The notes beneath the pieces were generated by a model. The model was not told the origin of the DNA. It searched no databases and saw only the letters and a program-made list of their open reading frames with translations. The position numbers and the translations under genes are program-made. 64,000 nt of DNA from the NCBI RefSeq assembly GCF_000315625.1, contig NW_005434511.1, forward strand, positions 48,001 through 112,000, given 5' to 3'. Every line of letters starts with the position of its first letter. The stretch's first letter is position 1. Source of the DNA: Guillardia theta CCMP2712 (lineage: Eukaryota; Protista; Cryptophyta). This document shows, in pieces, positions 61,018 to 64,000 of the stretch.

Positions 61018-62212
61018 ATGTTTGACATGTCCACGTTCTCGTCGCTGTGGGATGAGGTCGAGTCCGAGCTCATCAAGCTCCGCGTCAGGGTTGAGATGCA
61101 CAGGGATCAGGATGAGAGGGATAGAACCAAGATCAATGAGGACTTGCTATACCTGATGTACAAGTGCAAGGGAAAGTTGCAGATTGCCTGTGCAATGATC
61201 AATCAGGAGCAGGTGCTCGCCGCCATGCACTTTCAGAAGATGATCATGATGGTACTCAAGAGCATCTGGAATGCCAGGAGGAGTAAGAGGCTGCTGAACA
61301 AACAGGGCGAGCAGATGCACCTGTATGAATATATCAAGACATTCCAGATGGTGTCATATCGTAACTATGAGGGTGAGCTTAGCATGATGATCCAGCAGGG
61401 CATCGATGCTGTCGTCCATACCGCGATATCAGAGGATACCCCTGGAATCACAGTGCGGTTGAGCCAGGTCCGTGAAAGCAACCTCAAGGCAGAGGTGGAG
61501 CAGTTGCTGCAACACCAAAGAGAGCTCGAGCAATGTATCAAGACATCGTTCTGCTCCATAGGTGTCTCGATCTACATCGACGTTCAACGCCTGCGCACGA
61601 TTCAGTCGAGGGTTGCCATGTCTAAGACCCGCATCGGGGGTCGAACAATCTCCAGGACTCGCTTGTCCTCGCTACCAGCATGGAGTTTATCCCTCCAGGC
61701 TGCTATGCCTTCAACGTGACCTTTGATTGCCATCCCGTCAGGACGGGTACAATGTGTGCGCTGCTCGACGATGCGGAACGTGAGGTGGTAGCGGTCGTAC
61801 ACTGCTTGTCCTGTATCGAGGATAACTATGGGATTAGCAGCGATGTGCTGTTGTGGATTGCAAAGTGTGTCTTGACGGAGGAAAGAGACAAGAGTGAGTT
61901 ATTGAGCCACAGAGAGCATTGGGATATCACTACTCGCTCTGTGCGTTAGCTTGTAAACCATTCAATGCAAAGGTTTACATCAATTACTTCTCATCCCACC
62001 TCGACATCGTCTACAAACCCTCGACCTGTGACTTTGCAGCCCTGGGGGCAGAGGAAGAGAACCGGGGAGCTGTCCGGGTGGGAGATGAGAGCTGGGGACA
62101 GGCTTTCTTGCAAGGTACAGTTGAGGCCATGCTCTGCGTACATCCAGTCAAAGGTGTAGGTCCGGAGCCAGTGCACGACTCTCAGGCACTTGTAGCAGTC
62201 AGGACGAGCTGA
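61018..62212 (+). CDS. Apparently intronless hypothetical protein split by two frame changes (pseudogene or consensus errors)
   Basis: Overlapping protein-like ORFs 60880-61719, 61680-61949 and 61919-62212, each in the -1 frame of the previous one. Confidence 0.45.
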
Positions 62213-62889
62213 GAGGAGGACGAGGGCAGTTGTAGCAGATGAAGTGAGTCAGAGTGAGCTAAAGGAGTTTCAGCGTCAGTGAAACTTCAATCTCGGCGTA
62301 CCGACAGACCCGGACATCTCAGATACTTGAACGGTATCTCGCTCAAGGCACGCGTCATCAGCGCTCGCTGCTTTCCTCGCCTTCCATGCGCAGCCAGCGT
62401 GGTGTTTGAGAGCAGTTCACGTCAAGCGGACTGAGAGACCCCTATCATGTAGTGCTCTATCTCCTCTCCACGACGCCTTACTCACAGCATGGTCAATCTC
62501 TGTGTTGTGCACACAACATGAATCATGGGATCTGATTGCTCTCCTACTCTCTTTCAAGACTCTCTTGGATGAGCCAGGCGAGTAGTGAGCTGCTCTGATA
62601 TGAGATGTCCGCTAACGTGATCGCTCTGCAAGCTCAAGCATAACCGACGAGCTTGCTCGATCCCATCCTCCCTCCCCTGGCTGGCAAAGTTGCCTACATC
62701 ATGCTTCTTCCTCGTTGTCTCCCTAGTTCCTCACTTGACCGTTGCCTCCCTCACAGCCATGAGCTTCCTCCTCACGAGCGATCAAACAACAACCATCAAC
62801 ACTCGTCGGTCATGGCAAGAAGCTTTCATTGAGCAATCAACCGTCCGTTCCTTGTTACCCTCTACTGGCTCCACACGCCCTGCGGCGCG

Positions 62890-63012
62890 TCGCCCTCCTC
62901 CTCCTCGTGTACGGCCCCAATCTTCCCCTGGGGAGGTGGCTTACCAGGTGACGCGCAGCGTGAGCTTGGGAGAGGTGGGTGAAGGAGCGGAGGAGGTCGA
63001 GGGTGAGTCTGC
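62890..63012 (-). pseudogene. RWP-RK copy F, short remnant
   Basis: 62931-63012 nearly matches copy E (RLTLDLLRS...HL|GTAAG), with a PYTRRRR remnant at ~62895-62915. Confidence 0.7.
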
Positions 63013-64000
63013 AGAAAGAAGTGTCGCATCGCTGAAGATGATGACGGCGGGTGCTCTGACATCACCCTGGTCCCTTCATCTCTGATACCAGCCAGATCCC
63101 GTGCCAGCAGCTCTACGCTCGGGTCGCGCACGTCTCTTGCTCTTGTCTTCATTCACATTCCCTACACCTACTCGTACATACATGCCTACATCCTATCTAC
63201 ATGCTCCTCGCGGAGCTGAGCCTTGGGCCCTCACTCATGCGAGCGTGATCTTGCTGCCTTGCTCGATCGCCCCGGAGCCTGCCGCCTTGCTCCTGGCGGC
63301 CATGACGCTCCCCAGCAGAAGCGCTGGCGTGGCAGCGGCCTTTCTTGCCGTGGTCGCGATGTCGTCTGGGCTGGGAGACGTGGAGGGGAAGGCGAGGGGG
63401 CTCCGCTTGACGGACCATGCAGAGACATGGGCGATCTTGATGGTAGAGCGGGGGGCGGGGAGGGGAGACATGGCTGCGCGAGCGAGGGGAGGGGAGGGAG
63501 CGTGAGGGGAGGTGTTAGGAAAACTTCCTACAAGTATCTCTCGATCCAGTGTTGACACACGAAGTGATCCCGTCAAGAAACCAAAGAACAAGCGCGCGAC
63601 AGCAATGCACAATTCAACGGCAATTTACTCCAAATCAACGTTAGAGATAAAGAAAAGTAAGTAATCTAATTTCCTAAGAAACGAGACTGCCTAGGACACC
63701 TACTTAAGAAAGACAGGAAGTCAGTAAACATATCCTATCATTTCGCTCCCTAGCGCTGATAGATGAGAACACACTTCTCAGCTCCAACTTCGCTGCAAAC
63801 ACCAAGAATCATTTAGCATTCACAAGATTGAAATCACGAATCATTTTCCTCAACTCTGGAGTGCGAAATTCACGCGTAGACAACCAAGAATCATCCTGTT
63901 GGAAAACTGATCGAGAAACACCAAGACACTGTCGTTTCCCCGCTTCGAGGTGGGCAGCGCTGTACGGTTCTCAGAACTTTTTCCAATACTCATAACTCTC

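Noticed and set aside
53954-63012. Mating-type (MID) locus
   Set aside because: Small RWP-RK size alone is not diagnostic, and multiple decaying copies fit a general family expansion; it cannot be supported from sequence alone
1-64000. tRNA/rRNA/snRNA genes
   Set aside because: None recognised by eye; tRNAscan-SE/Infernal would be needed to exclude them

Overview
Intron-rich eukaryotic nuclear DNA with compact genes, short GT-AG introns packed with microsatellites, and two N-gaps. An ASAF-type plastid leader, a small RWP-RK gene cluster and a Ctp-type PDZ domain suggest an alga with a red-derived complex plastid, most likely a cryptophyte (inference). Recognisable genes: FN3-FN3-nucleoredoxin, a TEP1-like DUF4062-NACHT-WD40 protein, a head-to-head pair of bestrophin-like genes, DCAF12-like WD40, Twinkle primase-helicase, exportin-7-like, type II NADH dehydrogenase, a TPR protein, exosome MTR3-like and a PDZ-CRIB PAK kinase. 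Accessory features are a ~2.4 kb gene-containing palindrome next to a decayed Crypton-type tyrosine-recombinase element, and six RWP-RK copies (three intact, three decayed). The most striking signal is that two unrelated proteins (exportin-7-like and the TPR protein) have N-terminal leaders ending in the ubiquitin C-terminal sequence LRL(K/R)GG, suggesting presequence removal by a deubiquitinase-like protease, possibly in the periplastid/nucleomorph compartment. All family calls are from motif recognition by eye, and exon boundaries are manual.
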